Shown here: piece by piece, positions 1 to 63,664 of the stretch | Layout of the letters: every line of letters begins with the position of its first letter | Numbering within the stretch: the first letter of the stretch is position 1 | Assembly (NCBI RefSeq): GCF_009914755.1 | Contig: NC_060925.1 | From: the human T2T-CHM13v2.0 reference genome, Homo sapiens | Direction: 5' to 3' (one strand) | DNA: 64,000 nt | Position numbers and translations under genes: made by a program | Notes under the pieces: generated by a model | Seen by the model: the letters and a program-made list of their open reading frames with translations, nothing else | Told to the model about the DNA's origin: nothing | Databases searched by the model: none

Positions 1-393
1 TTACTAAGTGGTAATGTACTAATACTGTGTGTCAGTCACTCTGGTAAGTGTTAGGGATGCAGATGTGAAGATACCATCCCATCCCTCCCCTTAAGAAATT
101 CAATTTAATAGAGAAAACAGACACAAATAAGTGCAGAAATTGCTAAAAGAAGTGTGTCCAGAATGCAATCTGGACTCCAGGGAAACAGAGTTAAGCCACC
201 AGAGTCGGGGAGGCTGGAGCAGGCTTCAGAGAACTGACTCGGCTTAGCAGGAGGTACCTGCCAGTTACAGGCAGTGGCCCTATGTGGCAGCAGTGCTGGG
301 AAGAGGCAGGCAATGAGGTGTGTAGTTGAGAGTGGTGTGGGAAAGAATGGGAGTGGTAGTAGCTTGCTGATGGCTTCTCCCCTTCTTCTGTAG

Positions 394-5586
<5,193 letters not shown>

Positions 5587-5763
5587 TGCAGCCTGAGGAC
5601 ACATCTCAGACCCCATCATCTGAAAGTGCCCAGAGAGCACAGTGGCAGAGTACATCTCATCCAGAGAAACAGCATCCTGCATCCTCCAGAGTCCTGGTTC
5701 CTTCAGTTTCATCCCCTTTCTCTCCTTCCATGGATTATGTAATACATTGTAAAGTTTTAATTA

Positions 5764-5769
5764 ATTAAA
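5764..5769 (+). terminator. METTL25B polyadenylation signal ATTAAA
   Basis: ATTAAA about 180 nt after the stop, followed by a U-rich tract. Confidence 0.7.
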
Positions 5770-6151
5770 AATTGGATATCTGTTTCCTTCCCATTTCTGT
5801 AGGTAGATAAAAGGAGATGCGCACCCTTCCTGTGGCACTGCTGCAAGGGTGCTACAGTTAGGACTCAGACGCCACTCCCCACTGGCCTCCCTAGCAGGTG
5901 GGGTAGGTGATGGCTTCTGTTACTCACAGATTTCCATGAAGGGGACTTCTCTCCCCCTCTTTGGCCTCCAACTCAGAATCTGCAGGCCCTGCCCCTTGGG
6001 AGGGCCGCCTTAAGGCCAGCTAACTTCCATCCAGGTTCTGTCATAAACTCAGGAAAGAAGCTTCTTCCCTTCAGTCCCTGAGAGTGTGCTGGGATTAGGG
6101 GTGCCATTCTACCACACAGCAGCTGTACACAGGAGGACTCATAAAGTGCTC

Positions 6152-6157
6152 TTTATT
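6152..6157 (-). terminator. MRPL24 polyadenylation signal AATAAA
   Basis: tttatt on + strand, about 75 nt past the stop. Confidence 0.85.
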
Positions 6158-6230
6158 GGCATCTGAAAAAGAAGTGCCTCAGCCTTCAAGGCTGGGACAG
6201 AAGTTGGGGAGGAGCTGCTCTGCCCCAGGC

Positions 6231-7591
<1,361 letters not shown>

Positions 7592-8492
7592 TCAGCTCTG
7601 GGCAGATGGATAGAAACGGGAACAAAGAGGCAAGGGAAGGAACATTTTTTAAAGCACTTACTCTATTGCTCAATGGACCTCATCACATTGAATCCTCACA
7701 AGAGGTTATCATCTTTATAGATGAGAAAATAGAAAGGTCAAGTAACTTGCTTATGATTACAAAGCTACTACATTGGAGAATCAGTATTCAAACCCACATA
7801 TATCTGACTTCAAAGTCCAAAAAATTCATTAAGGACAAGGGCCATGTTATCTATCTCACTCTTGAATCCAGAGCTTGGCCCCTAGTAGGTGCTTAACAAA
7901 TACTTATTAAATCAATGTATGAACAGCAGGATAGGAAGAAAACAGAGGATGGAACGCTGGCATACGGCCAAAAGGTAGGCAGTTGTAAATCAGTGAAATG
8001 AACAAATAGGTAGCAGAAATAAAAACTGGGGTTAAAATGTCCCTATCCCACTTAGAATTCCTATCCTCAGATAGGAAATAACCACTCCTCCCTAAGATAG
8101 CTCCTTTTCTAAAGGAAAAGGACCCAGGGCCAGACTCTAGAATTACTGAGTCCTAAATTTCCCAACTAAGTATGTTCTCTAAACCACTCGATTCTCAATT
8201 AATGAGGTGGTGAATGAACTGAAGGCATAAATGGTAAGTGCTTCAGTTAACTGAATACTTGCAACTTACCACGTGCCATGCTAAGTGCTTTCCTGTATCT
8301 CATTTATGCCTAAGGACAACCAAATGAAGAAGTCATGATTAACCTCATTTTATAGATAAAAATGAACCCTAACTTCAAAGACAAATAAAGATACTACAAT
8401 GGCATAAAGAGCCCTGGACAAGGAAGTCAGACCACCTGGGTTCTACTCCCTGCTCCACCATCATCTTACTGTATGACGCTAGGCAACTTAAC

Positions 8493-8806
<314 letters not shown>

Positions 8807-9599
8807 TAACTTTTGAATTTCAGTTTCATCATCCATAAACATTTACAGGGTTGTGGGTGTCATTTAAATTATTTTAAATATTTTAACAAAGCAAGGTGCA
8901 AAATAATGTATTATTATCCCTGTGGGGTAAATATACAAATATATATTCCAGCACAGTTATATTTATGGAAAGGAAACAAGAAACCAAAGTACTTGTTTAA
9001 GGGGAGAGGAACTGTTTGGGAGGTCTGTTAATTCCATTTTGTTCCTTCCCGTAACGTTTGCATTTTCTAACCATGTGCATTTAAAAATATGTATTAACGG
9101 TTTATCTGAACAGTGAGATACTGGCTCATTTTTCTTCTTTATACTTCTCAGTATAAAGGCCTGATGTTATTTTCGGAAAAAGAAACAAAAACAAACAAAA
9201 AAAAACCCCACCTGTTATTTTCAATTAATGCTGACTGGCCTAAGTGTTCCTGTGAGTATTCAACAAATGCTTAGAGAGGACTACTATATGACAAACCTAA
9301 TGCTGGGAATTTCATTGCCGGCATTTGGTCTTCACATTGCCCAGTGAGGAAGGTGAGGTTGCCAGATGCATCGTAAAGTCCCTTTTACAGACAAGGAAAT
9401 CAAGGCCCTGAAAGCCGGAGTGACTACCCTGGTTCATACAGCTTGACTAGGAGCAGGGCCAATCTTAAGACCCGAGCCTTCTGTGTGATTGCTGCAAGGA
9501 GCCCCTTCACCTCAGTCAATCCAGGTCTGAACCACCCCAGCCCAGAGCAGCTTGCATGCCCCCGAGATCCTTCCCTTCTTTCCCTTCACAATCTGGAGA

Positions 9600-10350
9600 T
9601 GCTGCTGGTGAGCGTCCCGCAGTGGGGTTTTCCCTGCATGTTCTGAAGGCGCAGTGCAATGTAGTGGGGTCGAAGGTCTGCCCTCTCAGGTCACGGCTCC
9701 AAAGGCTTCCCCCACCAGCCTCATCCCAGACATCGCCAAGGCCTAGCTGTCTTCAGCACCCACCCGCTCCAAACTTCCGGTGCAAATAAACCCTGGGGAG
9801 GCGACTGAGCCATGGCCAGGGAAAAGGATAGGCTCTTCCCGCACCTGCCTCTCGGACGGGCACCTCTAGGGCGGGCGGCCCTCACCTCCACTTTCCGCGG
9901 CACTTCGGATTTTCAGCACATGGGCCCTCAGCGTCCCCTCCCCCGCCACGCCCGTCGACTTTCTGGGAGTTGTAGTCCAAGTGTAAAACGGAAGCTCAAC
10001 CACGAATCTTACCTCTCAGCATGCTGGGAGTTGTAGTCCGCCGCTAGAAAGCTGGAAACAGGAAGTTTGGCGGGGGTAGGAAATCAAGGAAACCGGAACA
10101 CACCATGAAGCATGTCGGGAATCGAAAGGCAAGCTGGTTCGGCTGGCCCGCCTGGCACATTCCCGCGCATGCTCTGCGTGGAGGCCGCTGGGAATTGTAG
10201 TTTCTAGAGAAGAAGGCTCCATTTTCTAGGTGGTTGTGGCTTCCTGTTCAAGGCAAAGGGCCGCCCTTTCCAGACAGGGCTACCGCCAATGCTCTCCCTG
10301 TCCTTCTCTGCTGGAGTGGGGGCAGGGCAGATTCAAAAACTGCCGGTAGG
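9600..10350 (-). promoter_or_regulatory. MRPL24 CpG-rich promoter with non-coding first exon(s)
   Basis: CpG-rich; three ZNF143-type motifs (9961, 10022, 10187); ETS-type GGAA sites; minus-strand donors GTGAG (9885) and GTAAG (10012). Confidence 0.8.
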
Positions 10351-10956
10351 CTTTCTAGAGGAAGGGATGAAACGTGGGCCCTTCCAATGCTAGTAGCCGA
10401 TCTAGTTACAAAATGTCAGATCTGGAAGGAAACAGAAATGATCTAAACCAGTCATTCCACTTAACTCAGGGAGTACTGGCGGAATTTCACCCTACCAACC
10501 CCCTCCCCCTACCACCCCATCACCAGCTAAGGGTGGCAGGTACCCCTAGCATTAGCAAGGAGAAAGGGTTATCCTATTATTTGACTTGCACTTTGGGGTC
10601 AAATTGTTTATACAACCAGCCTCCAAACTCCCACTTCATGGCCATCTTGGGCTGTGGCCGATACTGGCATCCTCCCACACCCCACTTCTTGTGCAAACCC
10701 TTTTTTAAAAAAAACTTTCCCAGGTGCGTTAAACAGTGGCTGGGCAGGAGTAGAATGAATGGTGTGGTTTATTCTACGACTCTGCCCACAAGAAGTTTGG
10801 ATTTCCAAATGCCTAAAAATGGAGGAGGTTGACACCCTCTACCTAAATCTGAGATGACCTGGAAATCATTTGCATTCCATTACCCCACTTTCTGTCTTCA
10901 GTTAACCAATACACCCCCAAAGAATCAGTCAGAATCCAATATAGTAATCAACGGGT

Positions 10957-10962
10957 TTTATT
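10957..10962 (-). terminator. HDGF distal polyA signal AATAAA
   Basis: tttatt on + strand; GU/U-rich sequence downstream on minus strand. Confidence 0.8.
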
Positions 10963-11377
10963 TTCCTAGAACTGAAATCATCTACGGTTCTCAGAGCTAA
11001 ACTTCCAAAGCTACAGTCAGCAATTTTTCATCAGAGCCCAAGGGAGAGGGGCCAGGGTAAAAGAGACGAGACTGTAGAGAGGCATAGAGAGACCAGTAGG
11101 AAGAGGGTGGGAGAGGGCACTTATTTCTCTCTGTCCTCTCAGTGGGTTACAAATCAGATCTGGTGACAACACTGAGGGGGCCAGGTCAGGGTATGTGGAT
11201 GAGAAATGACACTGGAAGGAACATCAAAGCCCCAGCTACAAAAAGAAAGTCATCAAGCCCCAAATAGAAGGGGAGCCTCCCAGTGCACCTCAGAAATGGG
11301 GGCAACGATGGGGAAGGAGCAGAATGGAGAGCACACAAAGGGTTAGGGGTCTTTAAAATTTTTTTTTGTAATTTTCT

Positions 11378-11383
11378 TTTATT
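11378..11383 (-). terminator. HDGF proximal candidate polyA signal AATAAA
   Basis: tttatt on + strand within the 3'UTR. Confidence 0.5.
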
Positions 11384-12281
11384 AAAAACATTTCCTAAAA
11401 AATGTGTCTTTTCCTTTATGTCTGGGTGATATATATGACTATAAGCTGGCCTTGAGCACTGTGTGGAGAGGAAAAAGGACAGCTAGGAGTCTTCCCAAGC
11501 ATCCTATTTGTGGCTTCAGAGATCTAAAGGGGGACAGATGCTCAACACTCCCACCCAAATGGGTAAAGTCAACCCTTCAGGTCTCAGGTCCTTGGCCCGA
11601 ACAACTTGGAAGCCCCAAATTCTCTTGATGATTAACTACAACTCCCAAAACTCTTGGGGTCGGCAAAAGGAAAAATGGGTGTTGTCAATCATCAAGGATT
11701 TATGGAAAGGAGCCCCTCCCCTACAAGCTGTCCCACTTTCCCTGAATCTAGGCAGCTGGGATAATAGGTGTAGCAGGGGACAGGAGCTCAGAAGGAGGCC
11801 GCCCTCCTGTGCTGCCCCCACCCCGCATTTGAGGATTGCCCCTCCCAGGCCCCACAAGCCCACCCTGCTGTTGATGCTCCATCCTTTCCATTCCTACCCC
11901 TGATCCCAACCCAGAGGTCCAGAATGCCTAGGAGAGTGGGAGAAGGGTGTCAGGAGGTGGGAGCAGTTGTCCCAGGCCCCAGCAGAAGCCTGGAAAATAG
12001 CTCCAAGCGGAAGGAACACAGTGGCCTCAACTCATTCCAGGGAGAAGACATGGCTCTGACTCAGATCATAGGAGTATGGGGACCTAGAGGTGAGAGCCAG
12101 GTGGCCTGCCCCATCCAGGTCAATCTCCATGGGCTGGGCTTGGAGTGGGAAAAGTGAGTAGAAGAGGAGAGCAGGTTGGGGTGGGAAAGGGGTTCCCAGT
12201 TTGCAGGCCATGGCCAGTTTCCCCAGTAGCACCCAGACAGCAGCAGGAACAGGGTGGGGGCTCCTCTTGAAACATTGGTGG

Positions 12282-20264
<7,983 letters not shown>

Positions 20265-20872
20265 GGCGGGGCTCCGGGCGCCCCGGGCTCCGCGCCGGGC
20301 CGGGAAGCGCGAGCCCAAGTTTGCGCGTGCGGCGGTGGCGGCGCCGCTCCGCTCCGGCCCTCGCGCGGCCCCCGCCTCGATGGTGGCCCCCGGCCCGAGC
20401 TCCGGCGCGGCCACGGCGTCTCCGCCCGCGCGCCGCACGGACGGGGCGGGCGCGGATCGGGGCAAGGCTCCGGCGCGGTGGGTGCGCGCTCGTGCAGTTG
20501 TTTGTGTTTGAAATTCAATTGCTCCCTCCTCTGCGCGAGGCCTCTTCCTCCACCCCCCGCCCGGTCCCCACTCCTCCTCCTCCCTCCTCCCGGACCCACT
20601 CCTCCTCCTCCCCCCGCCCCCCAACCTCGCGCTCCCTCCCGCGGCGGTTTGATGCGTGCAGCTTCTTGACGCCCAGGGCCTGCCACGGCCCAACGCCCAA
20701 CCCGGAGCCGCCTGACGGCGCGTGGCGGCACAGGCATAAGGAGCCGATCGCCGAGCACGCCGAGCAGGCTTTGTGTGCCCGCGGTCGGTGGGTGCCCGCC
20801 CGCCCGGGAGGAGCTGGCGCCCGGCTGGACGGAGCGGCCCCCGCCCTTCCCCCGACTCCGCGGAGCGCTCAC

Positions 20873-20938
20873 CACCGCGGCCCCAGCGCAGTTAAGTGTG
20901 GACGTCTGTACACGGTTTCCGCCTGCCCTCTGCTCCAT
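20873..20938 (-). CDS. HDGF: HDGF alternative first coding exon [22 protein letters not shown] (233-aa isoform)
   Basis: gagATGg; phase-0 donor GTG|gtgagc compatible with exon 2. Confidence 0.75.
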
Positions 20939-21063
20939 CTCAATCCACAAATATTTACTGGGCACCCGCGGTTCTTGGCAGCGTGCTAGGCGCCGAGGGC
21001 GAGAGGAGTGGGCGCCGTGCCGCTCCGCGCACTGGGGTCCTCTCTGGACCTCGCCGTGCTTAC

Positions 21064-21198
21064 CGTATGGGGGGTGGCCCTGGAAACGTCGGGGATTTGA
21101 GCCCTACGTCCGCCTTTGCTAAGGAGGAAACGCTTGAGTTTGGTAGCCAGGAGATGGCCAAGGAGTTGAGGCACAAATTGGCCACCTTCCGGGTGCAT
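21064..21198 (-). CDS. HDGF: HDGF alternative first coding exon MHPEGGQF...RATPHT (256-aa isoform)
   Basis: ATG 21198; phase-0 donor ACG|gtaagc. Confidence 0.75.
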
Positions 21199-22402
21199 TC
21201 GATCTCGTTTCTCTAAGCTACTGTCTTGCCAAGGAGACTTGGACTCAACGGCTAGCTAACCCCGCAAAGATGAGCTCAGTTCTAGTCGGTTACGGTAGAA
21301 TGCCAATAAACCCAACCCCTTCAGTAAACTGTGAAGACCGAGGGGCCAGGTGCTACCTCTTTTCGGAGGTGGGGAGGGGGGTCTGGGAAGGCTTCACAAA
21401 GGTGATGACTGAACTGGGCATTAAAGAATGAGTAGAATTTTGCCAAATTCTGCGAGACTACATTTTGGCCTAGGTTATATGCTAAGAAGTGATAGAACCA
21501 AAACTTGAACTCAGGTCTCTTCCATTAAGCTAAATAAGACTTTATTGTAATTACATCTTTGATTTGCTGTCACTGTATTTGCCCACATTCCAGACACCTA
21601 TGTTCCCTTAGAAATAAGATATTTGGATCTTATGTTACGGCATATACACGTCCTTAAAATTTAGCAACAAAATATGCTAGGTTTGAATAGGTAAAACATA
21701 TGCATGTTTTTCTTCCCACGTTTCCTGATCCTATTTCAAAGCATATGCAAAGTCTCCCTGCAAGGAAGTCCAGGATGTAGCCAAAAGTTCCAAACCCACA
21801 TCCTACCCTGCTGTTCATCTGTCCTGAGAACTTGGACAACCTCCTGAACTCTAAGCCTCAGTTTCCTCTGCTGTAAGATGGGATAACATGACTGCCCTGG
21901 TAACTAACAACAGAGGCATAGAATGGCTGCTTGTCACTAGGGGATGCCTGCAGTTGTTCCCAGAGTCCTGCATGACACTTGGCTGTCCTTATGTCCATGG
22001 CAATATGTTTCACTATTTTTGCCTTTATAACAGTGTGGCCTCTCAACCATAGTTCCCCTTGTGATAAGAGGCACACCAGGCTGCTGGCACAGGGGGGCAT
22101 TCTGGAAGGTCCTGTTGCAAGAAAACAGCCAAGCAGGCCCTCAGCCACAAGCTTGTCAATTTGTTTCCATAGCAAATTCAAACTTGTTGCAACAGAGCAA
22201 CTAGGTTCTAGTTGGTGTTTACTCTACAATGCATTCCATTTTGAAATGCAGTCAGTGTAATAGTCCAGATTCTATCAGGCTAAATCTTTTTGTTAGGAGA
22301 GAATCTTGTCACAAGTTCTTGAAGATGTTTCAAGAATAAGTCTCCAGCATCAGAACAGGTTTCCTTTAACTATCTAGGTCATATTTTATTCTATCTATCT
22401 AT

Positions 22403-23048
22403 CTGAGACAGAATCTCGCTCTGTTGCCCAGGCTGGAGTGCAGTGGCCAATCTCGGCTCACTGCAACCTCTGCCTCCCGGGTTCAAGCGATTCTCCTGCC
22501 TCAGCCTCCTGAGTAGCTGGGATTACAGGTGTGTGCCACCACGCCCGGCTAATTTTTGTATTTTTAGTAGAGACGGGGTTTCACCATGTTGGTCAGCCTG
22601 GTTTCGAACTCCTGATGTCGTGATCTGCCCACTTTGGGCCCTCCAAAGTGCTGGGGTTACAGGCGTGAGCCACCGTGTCCGGCCTAGGTCGTTATTATAA
22701 ACATGCACAGTTTCAGTGCAACAAACATGGTTTTTTGTTTGTTTGTTTAATTGTTGTTTTGTTTTTTGGAGACGGAGTCTCGCTCTGTTCCCCGGGCTAC
22801 AGTGCAATGGTGCAATCTCGGCTCACTGCAACCTCCGCCTCCCAGGATCAAGCGATTCTCCTGCCCCAGCCTCCTGAGTAGCTGGGATTACAGGCACGCG
22901 TCACCACGCCAGGCTAATTTTTGTATTTTTAGTAGAGACGGGGTTTCACCATGTTAGTCAGGCTGGTCTCGAACTCCTGACCTTGTCATCCACCTGCCTT
23001 GGCCTCCCAAAGTGCTGGGATTATAGGCGTGAGCAACCGCGCCCGGCC
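22403..23048 (-). mobile_element. Two antisense Alus
   Basis: Alu consensus. Confidence 0.88.
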
Positions 23049-23424
23049 AACAAACACGCTTTTAAACTATTTTCCAATTTGGTACACTCAATTTAGTAAA
23101 AAGCAAGAGCCCTTCCCATTTCTCCACTTTGTTGCATCATAATAGCCAGCGTGGAAGTGGAAATGGGCTTCTAAATTCTTGTTGCAACAAAATCTCTTGG
23201 GCCTCTCATTCAGTCTACCATGCAGATGCTGGTTGCAATAATACAACCAGGGTTCCTTTTGTTGCAGTAATCTCCCAGGCGTTGGTTGCAATTTAATATT
23301 CAAGTGCTCCTTACAGTAACGTCATCAACCAACTCGCAGCTGCCCCTAACAACTAAGCCAAGAGCTGCAGGAGGTCAGTTACACAGGCGGGCATAAGCCT
23401 GCTTCCCCTGGGATTCACATCTAA

Positions 23425-23900
<476 letters not shown>

Positions 23901-24801
23901 TCTAAAACAACACGACTCACAAGACCTCAACCCACCAGCCCAGGTGGAAACCAATTCACAAACGTCTCAGTGAAATGATTCTGTTGATGCTGGTGCGCAC
24001 TTCTACATTTATGTGGGGAAGGAGGTCAGGACAGAAGTTGAGGGACTTGGGACCCCAAAGCAGATAAGGTTGTGGGGTGCAGATCTGGCTCTAGGATCCT
24101 GAAGCGAGTCTCTGGAGGAGGTCAGGCAAAATGGTGGCAAACTTTTATTTCTGTACGGATCAAGAAGGAGCTGACAGCAGCGGAGAGATGGAGTTTACAG
24201 TAATGGGGGAAGGGGTGGTCTAGTGGAAAGAAGCTGGTTTGGCATGTCAAGGGACTTGGGTTTGATTCCCACTTGCTGTTTACTGGCTTTAGGGCTTTGG
24301 GTAAATGACTTAACTAGAATTTCTAAACAAAATTTTCTTGCACTGTGAAAAATGAGAATACAAAACCTCACCTGCTTATTATTAGGTTCAAAGGAAATGT
24401 CCACTTCCTCCCCTTTAACTCCCAACGGAGTCGAGGGTTTTGGCCCTCAACACTGTGTGACCTACTCACATCACGATTTCTTGGCCCAAGTTACACCCTC
24501 TGTAAAGTGGAAGAGAGAAGAATAGTTAGATTAGACCAGTGGCTTTGACAACTGTGCCTCCATTGCCTACTTCCACCCACGCCACCCAAAATAAAAGAGC
24601 AGCCCTGCCTTTGTGCATTCTGTGTGGAGTCAGAGTGGTTGAGAATATGGGCTGTAGAGATAACAGTCTGAGTCCTGCCACCACCATGGACACTTTGTGT
24701 GTAACTTTAGGAAAGACACTTAACTACCCTGAGCCTCAGTTTCATGTCCAGAAAACGGGGTTGTGATTATGATTGAATGAATGAATGCATTGAAGTTCTT
24801 T

Positions 24802-28622
<3,821 letters not shown>

Positions 28623-29755
28623 CACCCCATTCATTTTAATGGTAATAGTTTACAATGTTTCTGTGTCATAAATTGTTAGTTTACTTGCATCCCAGGACTA
28701 GAACTATTACAAATTATTTAATCAGTCCCCTGTTGATGGGCATTTAGGTTGTTCCTTTTGATAACACAAATAATGCAATAGTAAATAATACTGGACACAT
28801 TTCATCTTATTCAGGAGTGAGGATCTCTCACCATTTTTCTTTCCACTTTGCAAAGTGAAAAAGATAAAAGGCCATTCATAGCAGTATTGTTTGCAGGAGT
28901 TTGCTGACAAGCAGTACTGGAAGTAACTTTGCTGCCTACAGACAGGAGTGCCATAGGTTAGATGAGAAGCCCACCATTCTGTACAGCCACAGCCCCCAGG
29001 TGTGTCTGCATTCCTTTGGTCCCTGGAGATTAAAGTAATGTAATGTGGGGCCAGAGTCAGGCCAACAGATTTGCCATGGCTCTGAGCATGCCTGGCCACA
29101 CTCTTCAGCCCTTTCCTGCAAGGATGTTGCTGGTGAGACACTGGGGACAGAGGCCTGGGGAGGAGAGGACTCAGGGAGGCGTGTGGGTGAGGGGGGGCCA
29201 AGTCCTCTTTTCTCGACTAATAATTAGATTGAGCCCTGCCTCTCAGGGTAGAGGTAGCCTCCCCACATGCTGGGCAGCAGCTCTGGCCAGGCTGGCGGAC
29301 GCTGTGGTTCTGTAGAGGACAGATGGCAGGGTGGGGACTGAAAGGCTGTTTCTGCCACCACATTGCCTATGGGCTCAGGGCTTCACTCATTTACCCGGTC
29401 ATTCATTTATTCACTCTCACATATATTCCTTGGGCATTGTTAGGTGTGTGCCAGGCCCTGGATGAGTGTTGGGGGATGGGAGGAGTACTGAAGATGACAA
29501 TGACAGGTGGCTGGCCAGGACGATAAAGAGGCTCATCCATGAGTTGTTGGCTCTTCAGCCCTGGGGCCTGTCAGTCACCCTGACACACCCTGATCCTGCT
29601 CTGACTTCATCATTCCAGTTTGTAAGCTTTTATTTTTCTCCAAATTTTATCCTTCCCTGCCCTCTCCTTGCTTTTTCTCCCCCAGCCTTTTTTTTTTTTT
29701 CTGTATCTTTGAAATTCAAAGTATACGTGGAAACCAAAATAAGATTATATCAAGA

Positions 29756-34622
<4,867 letters not shown>

Positions 34623-34779
34623 CTACTTTATCCATTTTTCAAAGGAGGAAAGTGAGACTCAGAGAAGAGAAGTGACCGCACAGTCACCAGAGAGTACGTT
34701 GGGGAACCTAGATTTGAAAGCAGATTTTAGAAATCAACATTGTGCAAGGCATACTAGCTGTGAGGTAGGACTTGATGGT

Positions 34780-34970
34780 CTAGTTTCTCAATGTGGTCCT
34801 CAGTGCCTGGTTTGCAACTAACTGAGTAGTTTCTTACAGATCCAGGCTTCCAGGCCCAACCCACATCTATTGAATAGGAATCTCTTAGGCTAGATTTCAG
34901 GAATTTATATTTTTCAGAAGCTTTCCTAGTGATGCTTATGCACATTAAAGTTTGAGCACAGATTGCTCTA
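34780..34970. mobile_element. MER5-like DNA transposon fragment
   Basis: tagtttctcaatgtggtcc...gtgatgcttatgcacattaaagtttgag. Confidence 0.6.
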
Positions 34971-36622
34971 AGGAGCCTTCATGGAGAAGGCAGCATGGAG
35001 TTTGTCTCTGAAGGGTGGAGAGGTTGGGGAGGAGGTGCCCCATATCAGGCTCGTCTGATAGAGGATTCAAGCTTGGGCCTTTCACTGTCTCTCTGCATTG
35101 TGGTCATCATTGTCCCTCCTCATCAACCTTTCCAATTTTCTCTTCAGCCTCCTCCCAAAACCTCAACAGCCTTTTCTCTGGCTTCGCTCAACAGAATTTT
35201 CTGCAATCTGGGAACAGGGAGGTGGTGCCCACACAGAGATGAATTAGCATGTAAAGGACACACACATACAGGGCAGACAAGTAGAGGGCACTCAGTCACA
35301 GGCAGACAGGAAGGGGGCAGAGATGGGTAAACAAGAAAAGGATACAAAATCACAAGCGGACAGGGAAGGACTGGCGCACAGCAGATCATCACAAGCAGAC
35401 ATAAATGGGCTGGACAAGGACTCCTATAAACATGGATGGAAAGGAAGGGCACTTACAGAGACAGATGTAAGAAAGTCACATACAAAGCCATAAGAAGCAG
35501 CACTCACAGACGTAAAGGAATGTAAAGGACATCTGCAAATGGATAGGTGGGAGGCACAGCCAGGTAGGACGGACTCAAGTGATTCCTCAGAACGGTCGCC
35601 CTTTACCCCACTGAGCTGAGAAGGGATTAACCTCAAGTACCTGGCCCGGATTGTCAGAGCCTTGCCCATCTTTGTCTCACTGGTTGCTGCAGAGGGAGGC
35701 CAGGCCCCAGGCTCCAGGGTAAGGTGTGTTCCTGGATGTGCACCCCGATCCTGGTGAGGGAGATCACCTCCTCCCTTTTACGTCACATTTATTTCAACTC
35801 TTAGATGCTTATTATTAGACCTGCAGCCTCGCTTCTTTCTGGCTTGCAGCCCAATTTCGTACGGGTCCCTTGGGCCCTTGCTCTTTTTGGGATGTTTTAT
35901 TCTAATTCCCAGTCCCAGCCGACTGGGAAGCTTCACCAGTTCATTTACAGATCACTTTGCCTTTAAGCAATTTTCCTCAATCCGCCAGCTTCCCAGACTC
36001 CCTTTCGTTCCCGACATCACTTGCAGTTTCTAAGAGCATCATATCTCCCAGAAATCTTAGTGGCCAAGGGGCTACCCTAGGGAACTTCAAGTACCGAAAT
36101 GCTCTCCTGTCCGTCTCAGTGACTGCCGTGGTGACCGGTGGGGCTTGTAGTCACCTCGGAATTGTTAGGCGACGAAAAAAACTACTCACCCCAGGTGTCC
36201 CTGCGTCAGAGGCGGGTTTCTCTCCTGTCTCCCTTTGCTCGCCCCTAAATCCTTCCTCGGACTCCAACTCCCGCCGTGCCTTGCGCTGAGATCCCTGCGG
36301 CAAAGAACCGGGCTGTGTCCAAAGTGTTCTCTGGAAGTTGTAGTTCCTGTATTGGTGAGGCAAGGAGGAGGCGGAGTGACTCGGCGGCCATTAGCTGTGT
36401 GTAGTTGCCCGGGACTAGGAGCTTAAGTGAAGAGGTACGCCTTGTTCGGTGGAAATCAGCCGTAGCCATGAGTTTCTGCCGGGGCTAGCCCTAGAGTACG
36501 GAGCAGGCGGACTTTTCGGTTCCCCGCCCCGCCAGGTGGCGGGGCCTACTAGGCCTCCGGGCATCCCCGGTCTCAAGTAGGCCTCATCTGCCGGCAAGGG
36601 CGCCCGAAACGCGGGAGGCGCC

Positions 36623-63664
<27,042 letters not shown>

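Noticed and set aside
35220-35580. Purine/CA-rich stretch upstream of PRCC
   Set aside because: Looks like decayed low-complexity (GACA)n-type sequence without a defined unit.
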